Origin: Candidatus Oxydemutatoraceae bacterium
GTDB taxonomy: Bacteria; Pseudomonadota; Gammaproteobacteria; Poriferisulfidales; Oxydemutatoraceae
NCBI GenBank assembly: GCA_965218975.1
Contig: OZ244717.1
Coordinates: 1,184,001-1,248,000, forward strand
Direction of reading: 5' to 3'
DNA length: 64,000 bases
Below the pieces are notes generated by a model. It searched no databases and had not been told where the DNA came from. It saw nothing but the letters and a program-made list of their open reading frames with translations. How positions within the stretch are numbered: position 1 is the stretch's first letter; every line of letters begins with the position of its first letter. Both the position numbers and the translations under genes were made by a program. This document shows, piece by piece, positions 29,875-40,663 of the stretch.

Positions 29875-30945
29875 ATGATGTCTTTGTTTGATCGTTGGCG
29901 ACAACAATATCTTGAAAACCCACAAGTTGTATTTCTGGTTTTTTTTCTCGTTTCAGTTTTCAGTTTGATTATTTTTGCCGGGGACATTCTTGCACCGATT
30001 CTTGCAAGTTTAGTTATCGCGTATGTGCTGGACGGCGGAATCACTTTTCTAAAAAGGTATCAAGTACCACGCATAATGGCCTTATTATTGATTTACCTGA
30101 CGTTTATTGCTGCGGGATTTGTTATCGCGATGTTCATTATTCCGTTACTATCGGAGCAGATTGCTCATTTTTTAAGGGATCTGCCGGAGATTATCGCACG
30201 CGGGCGCAATGTGTTGATGCGTTTGCCGAATCACTATCCGGAATTTATCAGTGCCGAATATCTCAACCAGATTATCGCTGGGTTTCGCAATGAGATTACT
30301 GGTCTTGGACAACAAATGCTGAGTATTTCACTGTCGTCGGTTGCAGGCTTTATCAGTTTTTTGATTTATGTGGTTTTGGTGCCGCTGCTAATCTTCTTTT
30401 TTCTAAAAGATAAAGAACAGATCCTTGGTTGGGCAAATACATTATTACCTAAGAAAGAAAGTCAAGCGCTGACACATACGGTTTGGTCGGAAGCGAATGC
30501 GGGGATTGCCAGTTATATTCGCGGTAAGCTGATTGAAATTGTAATTATTTGGGCGGTGAGTTGGATTCTTTTCGCTATACTAGGTTTGAAATACGCGCCG
30601 CTATTATCGTTTCTTGTCGGAATTTCAGTAATTGTTCCGTTTTTAGGCGCGGCAGTTGTCGCCATTCCGGTCGTGATGGTCGCTTACGCGCAATGGGGAA
30701 TGGAGGCACATTTTTTCTATGTGGTCATCGCGTACACTGTTCTGCAGTTTTTGGATGGCAATGTACTGGTACCACTATTGTTTTCCGAAATAGTTAATTT
30801 GCATCCGATTGCAATCATTAGCGCGGTGTTAGTATTCGGCGGTATTTGGGGAATATGGGGTGTCTTTTTTGCTATTCCGTTGGCAACGTTAGTGAACGCC
30901 GTATTGAAAGCTTGGCCGCGCGGACGGCATGCCGTAGTATCATAA
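29875..30945 (+). CDS. AI-2E family transporter (PerM-like)
   Basis: Multiple TM helices; LDGNVLVPLLFSE, LHPIAII, FFAIPLA. Confidence 0.88.
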   Translation: MMSLFDRWRQQYLENPQVVFLVFFLVSVFSLIIFAGDILAPILASLVIAYVLDGGITFLKRYQVPRIMALLLIYLTFIAAGFVIAMFIIPLLSEQIAHFLRDLPEIIARGRNVLMRLPNHYPEFISAEYLNQIIAGFRNEITGLGQQMLSISLSSVAGFISFLIYVVLVPLLIFFFLKDKEQILGWANTLLPKKESQALTHTVWSEANAGIASYIRGKLIEIVIIWAVSWILFAILGLKYAPLLSFLVGISVIVPFLGAAVVAIPVVMVAYAQWGMEAHFFYVVIAYTVLQFLDGNVLVPLLFSEIVNLHPIAIISAVLVFGGIWGIWGVFFAIPLATLVNAVLKAWPRGRHAVVS

Positions 30946-30999
30946 AAGCAGTCTATTTTAAGAGAATTAAAAGTAGCTGCCCGCTTTCATTTGCAAGTC

Positions 31000-31467
31000 T
31001 TACTTTACTACTTCCTTTAGCGCTTGCAGCACTTCTTCCACGTGACCTAAAACTTTCACTTTACGCCATTCCCTGCGTAAAACGCTTTTAGCGTCAAACA
31101 GGAAAGTGCTACGTTCAATGCCGAAATATTTCCGACCGAACATACTTTTCTTTTTTAAGACACCAAATAATTTACACAATTGCTCATCGGTATCTGAGAT
31201 TAGCTCAAATGGAAAATTTTGTTTGGTTTTAAATTTCTCATGCGCAGCAATGCCGTCGCGTGAGACCCCGAATATGTGCGCTTTACTGCGTGAGAAGATG
31301 CTGATTTTATCGCGGAAATCCTGTCCTTCTTTTGTACATCCGGGCGTGTTGTCTTTAGGGTAGAAGTAGAGGATAAGCGGATGGCCTTTATGTGCGGCGG
31401 ATTTAAAGTCTGTTCTTCCTGTTGCAGGAAGAGTGATAGCGGGAAGTTTTTCACCGACTTTAATCAT
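31000..31467 (-). CDS. bcp: Peroxiredoxin BCP/PrxQ
   Basis: YFYPKDNTPGCTKE, ERSTF. Confidence 0.88.
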   Translation of the reverse strand: MIKVGEKLPAITLPATGRTDFKSAAHKGHPLILYFYPKDNTPGCTKEGQDFRDKISIFSRSKAHIFGVSRDGIAAHEKFKTKQNFPFELISDTDEQLCKLFGVLKKKSMFGRKYFGIERSTFLFDAKSVLRREWRKVKVLGHVEEVLQALKEVVK

Positions 31468-31508
31468 GCCATGGATTCTATTGATGGACCCGCGGAATGT
31501 AAAGAGCT

Positions 31509-33484
31509 TGTACGATACCACCCTAAATGAGATTTTTGAAGGGCTTCGGGGGAAGCGTTCGGCAGTAACATTCGGATCGGTGCTTTCTGTCCGTTGCCGG
31601 CATGAGGACGGTGCAGGGTGAGACGCGCCCGGAAAACCGATCGGTTTTCAGCGGCGAACGACCCGACAAGGACGTCGGGGCTGGCGCTCATTGACAGAAC
31701 CCAGTCTCGTCATGGGTGAGACGCGCCCGGAAAACCAATTGGTTTTCAGCGGTGAACGACCCGACAAGGACGTCGGGGCTGGGGCTTGTTGACAGAACCC
31801 AGTCGCGTCATGATGGACGACAGGCACTTTGCCGACAATCCGGCACAATCCGCTGACAACACGGCAACAAACACAAAACGGTTTCATAATCAATCATTGA
31901 ATGCTTCCGTATCGGCGAATAGCAGGTCTTCTGCATGATCGATACAATCTTCTTGGACCGTACGGTTGAAGTGCTCGTTATAAGCATTCATTTTGGGGTA
32001 CCCGGGTAAGTATAGCAGTGGCGGATCTTTCGGTGCCGTCGGTCAATACTTGCTCGATTTTGCCCGGCAAGACCGTTTGCACCAAGGCGACAAACCGAGC
32101 CGCTTGGGTGCTATTGCCGCGAGGCACTGCCGACGAAGGCAAAGCGGCTTGAATGATCCGTTGCGGTCGGAATATAGCGTCGGCTGCCTTCAATAAAACG
32201 GATAATAGTATCGAAAGCAACATAGTGTCCGACATGCTTGGCACCGGCTTTGCGATCTAGACGCGGGCGCGGCGGCTTACGTCGCAACGGTTTAGCTTGA
32301 CCTTTGCGGTCCAAGCGCTGGGTGAGAAACGCATCCGATCCGAGGCATCTGAAATCAAGCGTCCGATCGTCGTCGCACTCGGACACAACAGACCTTGCTT
32401 CCGGCACCACGGCAAGTGCAACACATAAATCTTGTCCCGTCCCTAGTGGGGTATCTTAGGCGCAGACGACGGATTTCCCGGGTCAGAGTTCGCGGCCAGA
32501 CTCAACGTCGGCGTTTACGCGGCGTTCTGCTGCGGTCGTGCAAACTGCTCAACCCTCCCTTTTGTGTTTGTTGGCGGATTGTCGGCAAAGTGCCTGTCGT
32601 CCATGACGAGACTTAGTTCTGTCAATGAGCGCCAGCCCCGACGTCCTTGTCGGGTCGTTCGCCGCTGAAAACCGATCGGTTTTCCGGGCGCGTCTCACCC
32701 TGTCGATAGGCCAGGGCGCCATGCATACAGCATCGAACGACTGATCTTGAACGCGTTCGGGAGTTACAACCATCCCAAAATAATAGAGCATCATATCTCT
32801 GTTGAAGCTTAGAGCGCTCATGAGCCTCCATTTTTGAAGCAAAATTGGCTCATATAGAAACCTTTGATGCGGTGGCCGATATGCTGGTATTACATGTCGG
32901 TCACCTTTTTATTGACGTCCAAGAATCCAGTATGTATCTGGATACGTACAGGGTCAGGCGCAGGAATGCGGCTGCGTTGCGGCTGTTACAGCGGTTGGTT
33001 GCCACTGCTATTGCCATTCGGGTATAGACATTGATGGCCGTTAAGCGTAGCGGCGCACTCCGCTGATAACGCACAATCGTATCCAGGGCGATGCAATGCC
33101 CCGGATACTGTGCTTTGAAGTGTTTCGGCTTGCGTGCCCTGCAACGGCGCTTAAACGGATCAGGTTTTGCGGCCGGGGCCGCCGATGCCTCTTGCGCGGC
33201 GCTTTGCCGCGGTCATGCAAAGCGCTGAGTCCGGTGCGGCGATAACGCCAGCGCCAGCGGTACAAAGTACTGCGACCGACCTTAAATGCGCTCGGGAGTT
33301 ACAACCCTCCCAAAATGAGAGCAGCATATTTCTGTTGAAGTTTAGAGCGCTCATTAGCCTCTATTTTTGAAGTTAAACAGGCTCATATAGAAACCTTTGA
33401 TGCGGTGGCCGATGTGCTTGATATTGCATATCGGTCACCTTATTATTGACACCCAAGAACCCAGTATGTATCTGGACACGTACA
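31509..33484 (-). mobile_element. IS481 mosaic locus D: two ISa-type left ends, one right end, a third-lineage (ISc) fragment, 3 R copies in both orientations
   Basis: TGTACGATACC at 31509; left ends at 32950 and 33484; divergent core VAFDTIIRFIEGSRRY at ~32130-32300. Confidence 0.85.
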
Positions 33485-33499
33485 GAATAGAGGATACAG

Positions 33500-33769
33500 A
33501 TGATAACCGTTCGTGATATTGTTACAAGAGTAGTAGCAGAAAATAAGGATGATATGTCTTTTGCAATTAAAGCTTTAGTTAAGAATGAATCTGATGACAC
33601 AGAAGTGTATGTTGAATTGCAGGGTTTAGATAATGATGGCTTTGAAATATATGACATTGGACTAAGAGGAACAATCCCAATCGGTGCAAGCAAGGTACTG
33701 ACTACCAGAGAAGATTATGTCGATAAAGAGCTATTTGGACAAATTATAGATTGGCAGCAGAAGTATTAG
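33500..33769 (+). CDS. Small acidic hypothetical protein
   Basis: 89-aa ORF with GAGGA RBS; AT-rich. Confidence 0.6.
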   Translation: MITVRDIVTRVVAENKDDMSFAIKALVKNESDDTEVYVELQGLDNDGFEIYDIGLRGTIPIGASKVLTTREDYVDKELFGQIIDWQQKY

Positions 33770-34186
33770 AAAATCATACTATGCACCTTCCCACCCCGCT
33801 GGGGGCTTAAGGTGGCAATTCGGATTCTCTTAATTGCGGGGGTAATTAGATGGTACAAAAAACATGTTTGATGATTGGCTGATGCGGCTGGCGGATTCAA
33901 GACAGTTCATGCAGGTGTTGTGCAGAGATCTTAGCAAGGTGTTGATGTCTAATTCCAATGAAATCGCCGGTTCTAGTAGCAGAGGAATCTGATCCGGCAA
34001 AGTGGTTGTCGAATACATGCAGACCGCTAAGTAATAATGCTTTTACATCATCGATAAACTTCTTCTCGCACGATGCGGTTGGAATCGTTTCACACTACTC
34101 ATTGAAGCAAAAATAGCATCAATGAGTTTGCGCAAAGATCTACGCATCAGGCAACCCGATTATGTACAAACTCATATCCGAAGTGT

Positions 34187-34753
34187 TTATACTCGCTTCC
34201 CCAACGGTCCGATAAAAAGCTTCGCGATCCAATAAAAAGAAACAGCGCCTAAAATGCACAGCAAATATATTCCCAGTTTTTTTTGCTCATCCGCTAAATA
34301 ATAATTGCAAAGACGAACGGGAGATTCAAGATACAACCAAGCCAACACTGCTAACATGCTAACAGTATTTGTCATAACGAATGCTTTTGTGCTGATACCT
34401 AAGCTTCCCCATGAGAGGGCGAGAGGAATTCCTAACAGAAACGGTAATGTAACAAACTTCGCCGCAATATATCCGGCTTGTTCAAGTGAGGCATCCAACA
34501 TTCTGGGGAGCATCCAAAACATCAATGTGAATAAAGCAACCAGAAAAAGCGGCAGCGCAATGTGATAGGGGATATGCAGTTGCCTGCTCTTTGATAGATA
34601 ATTGCCTACCCATACCCCGCATATCGCAAGCAGCGGTATTTGGATTAACACATGGCTGACCATCTCTCGCTCTAATAGGGATCGGGCACCGGGTGTGGCA
34701 AGGCATATAATCAATAGCAGAGCAAGAATCGCTTGATTACGGGAGTCCCTCAT
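34187..34753 (-). CDS. Membrane protein matching the 'orf1' position of norSY-senC-orf1 clusters
   Basis: Multi-TM; HVLIQIPLL, FWMLPRMLD, RLCNYYL; directly follows the SCO gene. Confidence 0.7.
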   Translation of the reverse strand: MRDSRNQAILALLLIICLATPGARSLLEREMVSHVLIQIPLLAICGVWVGNYLSKSRQLHIPYHIALPLFLVALFTLMFWMLPRMLDASLEQAGYIAAKFVTLPFLLGIPLALSWGSLGISTKAFVMTNTVSMLAVLAWLYLESPVRLCNYYLADEQKKLGIYLLCILGAVSFYWIAKLFIGPLGKRV

Positions 34754-34830
34754 TTTTCGTTTCCCCAAATATCTCCTAAGTTGGAAATAGTGCATAGCTC
34801 TGATGCCGATGTCGATTTTACAAAGTGTGA

Positions 34831-35430
34831 TTAAGATTCTTTCAGATGCTGCAAAATTAGCGCCGTTGATTCATAATCATAAATTTTTGCAAGTTGACTT
34901 GCCGCATTCACCAAGTGGACTGCACTGTTATGCTCATACTGTCCGTTCGGTGCAGGAATGACAACAATGCCAAACGCATCTAAAAGATCTTTTAAACGCC
35001 GCTTATTTCTGACAGTGGCAAATCTCCATGCGGATACATCGGCTTTCATTGCTACTGCGTAGCTCTTCAATGCGTTAGGAGTATCTCTATCGGGGTCAAA
35101 ACTGAGCGTAAGAAGCATGGCTCTTCCTTTCATGGAGGAATGCTGTAACTCTTTATACAGCTGTTGAATTTTCCGCGTGTTAATGGAACAAACAGCGGCA
35201 CAATGCGTAAATATGAAATCAACTAAGACAACTTTACCTTTATAATCCTGCATCAGGAATATTTCTTCCTCCGCGTCAATTAATTCAATAACAGGCAAGC
35301 TAATCGGATGGTTCTCAACATTGAGTCTTCTTACCCCTTCTGAAGTAAAAGCCTTGAGCCCGTTGGTAAAGAAGAATAAAAACGCGGCGCCGATGATAAT
35401 AACGAATATTGTGTTTTTAACTGTTTTCAT
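34831..35430 (-). CDS. senC: SCO/SenC copper chaperone
   Basis: FIFTHCAAVC (CxxxC), SFDPDRDTP, HNS. Confidence 0.85.
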   Translation of the reverse strand: MKTVKNTIFVIIIGAAFLFFFTNGLKAFTSEGVRRLNVENHPISLPVIELIDAEEEIFLMQDYKGKVVLVDFIFTHCAAVCSINTRKIQQLYKELQHSSMKGRAMLLTLSFDPDRDTPNALKSYAVAMKADVSAWRFATVRNKRRLKDLLDAFGIVVIPAPNGQYEHNSAVHLVNAASQLAKIYDYESTALILQHLKES

Positions 35431-35500
35431 ACGATGTTGCAAGAACAAAGTTCTCTCAGAAACCTATTTCTAAGTTATTAAAGATTACTTTGCGCAAAGC

Positions 35501-35713
35501 CTATCGCGTGTTTAGAAATGAGTCCATGATCGCGGCTGCAACCGAGATGGTTGGGTGTGCAAGCATGATGGTCCAAATTTTGCCCGAGTCAACCTTATCT
35601 TCGAGCTTGCCGATGTCAATTTTGATACCAGCTTCTAGCTCAGCTTGATTGGCTTTGAGTTCTTGTTGTCGCTGACAGATTGTTTCTAAGGTAACTTCCA
35701 TCGCAATTTTCAT
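35501..35713 (-). CDS. Small hypothetical coiled-coil protein with hydrophobic C-terminus
   Basis: 70-aa ORF; ELKANQAELEAGIKIDIGKLEDKV heptad-like stretch. Confidence 0.45.
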   Translation of the reverse strand: MKIAMEVTLETICQRQQELKANQAELEAGIKIDIGKLEDKVDSGKIWTIMLAHPTISVAAAIMDSFLNTR

Positions 35714-35833
35714 TATAGGTTAATTTAATAAAAAATGGTCCCTAACAGCCCCTGTCCCTACGGAAACATAATCCCGCGTGGCAAGATATTGATACTGAAG
35801 CGCGGTGCAGGGGACGAAAAGCCGTCTTCCGAC

Positions 35834-36614
35834 TGTATAGGTCCATAACATTTGGCACTCCGGGTGGGGAGTCAGGAGCGATTGTATCGGGGATTGCAAC
35901 CCCAGTGAATGATGGGGGCGTTGGGTGTTGTAAAACACCAGCCATTGCGCCAATTCCCGGTTAAAGCAGGGGCCATATCAATGAACAGGAGCTTCTCGCA
36001 AAGAAGCTGCGCGGTAGTCCGTGAATGATTCCTGCAAGGTGCGGTTGAAGGTTCAACGTGCGCGTTCATCTTTGGCGACTTCGGGTAGGTCCACCAGTGG
36101 GTGGTCCGGCGCTGTTTCAACTCGGTCTCGAAGTCCTTCATAAACTCCGAGCCGTTGTCGGACAAGATATAGTTGATCGGTTTCGGCACCAGTTCACATA
36201 ACAGCCGCAGGGCGTGTGCGCTGCGCCGGTTGCTGCGGGTAGTGGAAGCCCCCGCGAACGCAACGCGCGAGCGCGGGTCAATGAAGGTGAACACGTAGCG
36301 GCGGGTGAGATGCGCCCGGAAAACCGATCGGTTTTCAGCGGCGAACGACCCGACAAGGACGTCGGAGCTGGCGCTCATTGACAGAACCAGGTCTCGTCAT
36401 GGACGAGCAGGGTGAGACGCGCCCGGAAAACCAATCGGTTTTCAGCCAGGTCTCGTTATGGACGACAGGCACTTTGCTGAGCATTTACCAACAAACACAA
36501 AACGGTTTCATCCGCTCGAAGACTTTACTGTTGCCGAGGTTCGCCAAAGCTGCCGAGATTCGTCCGGCACAGACGTTTGATTTCACGTTGAATCGGTTGC
36601 GGCTGCATAAGCTC
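35834..36614 (-). mobile_element. IS481 mosaic locus E: ISb right half, 2 R copies (one truncated), ISa N-terminal piece
   Basis: TGTATAGGTCCATAACATTTGGCACTCC at 35834; SDNGSEF remnant. Confidence 0.85.
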
Positions 36615-36825
36615 GCTTGAACATCGCGATGCTGCTTAAATCGAGTACTGAAAAATCGTCAAAAGTCTATGTCATAACTTAAGATGAAAAGTTTTGCGCA
36701 ATAGTAAAAATTGCCGACAACTGCTTAATTAGAATGCCGCTAATATGATTATTCCGACGGCCTAAAAACTATAACCGAAGCATAAGAGCAGAATAAAACG
36801 TTAGGCATTATTAGTATGCACTTGT

Positions 36826-38262
36826 TTATACGGTATTTGATCTTAACCGAGAGATAAACCGCAACGTAAATACACTCGCGCCAAGTATGACAAAGACGGC
36901 GACCACCGTCGCAATATTTGCGTAGCTTTGCCATTCGGGGAAATGCACCGCGAATCTTCTCGCAACTCCTTCCTTGCCTGAAATCAGAAACATAAAAACA
37001 AAGGCGGTTCCGGCAATCGTATATAACCAAAATCCTCCGCGGTCAATCGCGGTATCTGCGCTATTGTTCTTTTCTTTGATGAGATAATACATGAAGCCAA
37101 ACACCATCGCGACCATACCCAAAATCAAATAAAAATGGAAATGGCCCGGTACCCACATCGTGTTGTGCATCACTTGGTTGATCGTAATTGTTCCGTCAAT
37201 AACCGCCGGGATGACTCCGCCGGCCCATCCGAAGATAGAAAGAAATAGCAAGCCGGAAGCTATGTCCCATCGAATACCGGAGCGGTAGACAATGGCCAAA
37301 GTGCCGATAGTCGTGACCAGCAAGACCGGCAATCCGCTGGCATAAGAGATGATTTGCCCCATCGCCAGCATCCAAGTGGGCATTGCAAAGTCCATAAACA
37401 AATGATGCGGGTACACAATCAAAACCATGAAAGTTGATGCCGTCCATGCCGCTAAAAACACTTTGTTGGATTTCCAGGGCCGATGAGTATAACGAGGGAG
37501 TATCTCGTAAACCGCAATGACCGCCATGTAGATCGTCGCATTTATAAAGGTATGTCCGAAAAAGTATATCAAATTTTTGGCAAGCAATGCATCAACCTCG
37601 AAAGAAGGCACGAGTATGTTAATGATCATGATTATTAAAATAGAAGCCCCCGCCACCAATGCCAAAGTATTTACAATAACAACCATCGTGCTCGCGATGA
37701 CTGTGGGCGAAGGCGCATTACCATTATCTCTACCGAACAGCTGAGGCCACCCGAGCGACTTCGCGAAACTGCCGTGCTCTAAAATTAACGCGCGACCGGC
37801 ATCCAAATAAAATAATACGAATCCTATACCGATTACTAATAATCCGGATAAAAACAATATTGCCGCTTCCGGAGACCATGCACCCATGGACTGACCGGGC
37901 AACGGAAACAAAAAAGTCCACGCCGCTCCGAATTTGCCTAAAAAAACGGCGGTTAGAATGCAGACAACACCGACTAAAAACAGCAGCAGATTGGCAATTA
38001 AAATCTCTGTACGCAGTTCAACGTACTGACGCAAAAAATACCACATGATTGCTGCGCCGCCCAAGCCTGCGATACCCACCATGCCAACTCCGTGCGCTGT
38101 CATGAGCTGATAGAATAAAGCTGGTGCAAGTGAAAGCAGACCGCCTTGCGCTGCACGCATAATGAGCCCGATCAACATCATAAGAACAACGACCAGACCG
38201 AAAATAGCCACATAGGTATAAATCGTTCTTTTGCCGCCCGCCGGTATCTGTAAGATATTCAT
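36826..38262 (-). CDS. norY: Heme-copper oxidoreductase subunit I, sNOR-type putative nitric oxide reductase (NorY-like)
   Basis: MTAHG, FFGHTFIN (Asn at the cross-link Tyr position), YPHH, GHFH; RBS before ATG 38262. Confidence 0.75.
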   Translation of the reverse strand: MNILQIPAGGKRTIYTYVAIFGLVVVLMMLIGLIMRAAQGGLLSLAPALFYQLMTAHGVGMVGIAGLGGAAIMWYFLRQYVELRTEILIANLLLFLVGVVCILTAVFLGKFGAAWTFLFPLPGQSMGAWSPEAAILFLSGLLVIGIGFVLFYLDAGRALILEHGSFAKSLGWPQLFGRDNGNAPSPTVIASTMVVIVNTLALVAGASILIIMIINILVPSFEVDALLAKNLIYFFGHTFINATIYMAVIAVYEILPRYTHRPWKSNKVFLAAWTASTFMVLIVYPHHLFMDFAMPTWMLAMGQIISYASGLPVLLVTTIGTLAIVYRSGIRWDIASGLLFLSIFGWAGGVIPAVIDGTITINQVMHNTMWVPGHFHFYLILGMVAMVFGFMYYLIKEKNNSADTAIDRGGFWLYTIAGTAFVFMFLISGKEGVARRFAVHFPEWQSYANIATVVAVFVILGASVFTLRFISRLRSNTV

Positions 38263-38279
38263 ATATCCTTCCTCTTTTT

Positions 38280-38804
38280 TTACTCGGTGACAGTTATTTC
38301 GGAAACCATTGCATGATGCGCAAGACCGCAAAACTCCAAACAAAGAATACGGTACTTTCCCGCCTCCGGATATGAGACGAGGAGATCGTTGGTATATCCC
38401 GGCATGGCTTGTGTTTGCGCAATTATATTCAGGTCCGTGTCATAGACACCAAAGCCATGATTGACGTCTGCAGAAGTCACTTTATATAAAACGGGTTCCT
38501 CGACTTTCGCCGTCAGGTCACTAATCTCCCAATACCATTGATGACCAACGACATGAACTGATTTTGCGGCTTGCGAATAGGATTTTGTCGTAGGATAGGG
38601 CATTTTCGTTAGCGTGTACCCGATAATCGGAACGATAATTAGTAAAACCAGAAAGAATAATTTACCACGTAGATTGCGAACGCTTTCTTGGACGGATGCA
38701 TATTCCGCATTGTTCGCAGGAGCATTTTTTGCAACGGTAAGAAAACAGATTGCAAGTAACGTTACAAGCACAAGAGTAACTACCCACGATATTTCCTGGT
38801 ACAT
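38280..38804 (-). CDS. norS: CuA-containing subunit II (NorS-like)
   Basis: SADVNHGF and CLEFCGLAHHAM CuA motif; 2 TM. Confidence 0.75.
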   Translation of the reverse strand: MYQEISWVVTLVLVTLLAICFLTVAKNAPANNAEYASVQESVRNLRGKLFFLVLLIIVPIIGYTLTKMPYPTTKSYSQAAKSVHVVGHQWYWEISDLTAKVEEPVLYKVTSADVNHGFGVYDTDLNIIAQTQAMPGYTNDLLVSYPEAGKYRILCLEFCGLAHHAMVSEITVTE

Positions 38805-38932
38805 ACTACCCTCCTGTTTACATGTCAAAGGCGGTTAAAATCGAAAAGTTGCCCGATGATTCTCTTTATCGCTCCGACTCGTTTATAACACGAGGTTATT
38901 ATACATAATCAATATCCCTCGTGGATATGGAG

Positions 38933-39662
38933 TGTATAGGTCCATAACATTCGGCACGGCGGCTGTCGACCTAAACCGGCATGTGCGGTCGGTGCATCCC
39001 AGATTGAAAGCGCACGATCGCATGCCGGGCGATGCAATGTCCCGGATACTGCGCTTTGAAGTGTTTCGGCTTGCGTGCCCTGCAACGGTGCTTGAACGGT
39101 CGTTTTGTTTTGCTGCGGAATACAGCGCATTTTATCCGGCGCACAATCGTGCAGGCACTCGGGCCAGGGTGAGACGCGCCCGGAAACCCGACCGGTTTTC
39201 AGCGGCGAACGACCCGACAAGGATGTCAAGGCTGTAGTTCATTCGCAGAACCAAGTCTCGTCAGCTCAAAGACTTTACTGCTGCTGAGATTCGCCAAAGC
39301 TGCTGAAATTCTGCCCGGCGCAGGCGTTTGATTTCACGCTGAATCGGTTATGGCCGGACCCGCCGACGCCGTTTGCGCGGCGCTTTGCCGCGGTCATGCA
39401 AGGCGCTGAGTCCAGTGCGGCGATAACGCCGACGCCAGCGGTACAAAGTACTGCGACCGACCTTGGATGCGTTCGGGAGTTACATCCTCCCAAAATGAGG
39501 GCAGCATATTTCTGTTGAGCCGTTGTGCTCATAAGCCTCCATTTTATTAGTTAACAAAGGCTCATACAGAAACTTTTGATGCGGTGGTTGATGTGCTGAT
39601 ATTGCATATCGGGCACCTTTTTATTGAAAAGTATCTGTCCGGTATGTATCCGGCACTATGTA
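38933..39662 (-). mobile_element. IS481 mosaic locus F: ISb right tip fused to ISa left half, 1 R copy
   Basis: TGTATAGGTCC at 38933; MQYQHI-type start and degenerate left end near 39662. Confidence 0.8.
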
Positions 39663-39678
39663 AGAATCGTACATATAT

Positions 39679-39708
39679 TTGCCTTTTATGTGTGCGAGGC
39701 GGTATAAT
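39679..39708 (+). promoter_or_regulatory. Possible sigma70 promoter of rpoH
   Basis: TTGCCT-N18-TATAAT about 45 bp before the ATG. Confidence 0.4.
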
Positions 39709-39753
39709 TAATCGTTTGATTTAAAACTGTTGTCATTCGTATTGGGGGTGCTA

Positions 39754-40620
39754 ATGCTGGGAAAACTACCGATAGTCGCGCCTGTAGCCGTACCGGCTGC
39801 GGGTAGTCGTGATAGTTTTATTGCCAGAGCATACGACTTCTCGGTGCTTGACGCCAATGAGGAGTATGCTCTTGCTATTCGCTATCATGAGTACAATGAT
39901 CTGGAAGCCGCACAAAAATTAATCGTACACAATATGCGGTTCGTTATTCAAATTGCTCGCGGCTATGGTGGTTATGGTTTGCCTTTATCCGATTTAATCC
40001 AGGAAGGTAGTATTGGTTTGATGAAAGCGGTAAAGAAATTTGATCCTGATATCGGTGTGCGCTTGGTTTCGTTTGCGGTCCACTGGATTCGCGCTGAAAT
40101 TCACGAATTTATTTTACGCAACTGGCGTATCGTCAAAGTTGCCACAACTAAAGCGCAAAGGAAATTATTTTTCAACCTGCGTAGTATGAAGAAACGGATT
40201 GCATGGCTTAATCAAGAAGAGGTTCGGGAAGTTTCCAAACAACTTGGGGTCAAACCCGAGGAAGTCATTGAGATGGAATCTCGACTGAGCGGTAAAGATG
40301 TCTCGTTTGATCCGCTAATAGAAGACTCTGAAAGTGAAGAATCCTATACTGCCCCGGCGGCTTATTTGGCTGACAGCAACGCCGACCCGGCACAATTAGT
40401 TGAAGACGCCGATTGGCGCGATGATTGCCAACGCCGGTTTCAAGTCGCATTACAGAAAATTGATAAAAGGAGCCGGGAGATTTTGAAAGCACGCTGGTTC
40501 AGTGAAAACAAAGCGACATTGCAAGAACTTGCGGAAAAATATCAGGTTTCTGCGGAACGGATTCGCCAGATTGAAACCGAAGCAATCAAGCAGTTACGTA
40601 AGTTAGCTGCCGCCGCTTAG
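39754..40620 (+). CDS. rpoH: RNA polymerase sigma-32 factor
   Basis: DLIQEG; RpoH box QRKLFFNLR; VSAERIRQIE. Confidence 0.95.
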   Translation: MLGKLPIVAPVAVPAAGSRDSFIARAYDFSVLDANEEYALAIRYHEYNDLEAAQKLIVHNMRFVIQIARGYGGYGLPLSDLIQEGSIGLMKAVKKFDPDIGVRLVSFAVHWIRAEIHEFILRNWRIVKVATTKAQRKLFFNLRSMKKRIAWLNQEEVREVSKQLGVKPEEVIEMESRLSGKDVSFDPLIEDSESEESYTAPAAYLADSNADPAQLVEDADWRDDCQRRFQVALQKIDKRSREILKARWFSENKATLQELAEKYQVSAERIRQIETEAIKQLRKLAAAA

Positions 40621-40663
40621 TTTTACTACTTTTCTACTCGTTAAGGGACAGTGAGAAAAGCCT

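Noticed and set aside
33769-33830. attC site or integron cassette after the orphan ORF
   Set aside because: No RYYYAAC...GTTRRRY pair and no integrase.
36826-38804. Second O2-reducing cytochrome c oxidase (ba3/cbb3)
   Set aside because: Active-site Tyr position is Asn and gene context matches sNOR.
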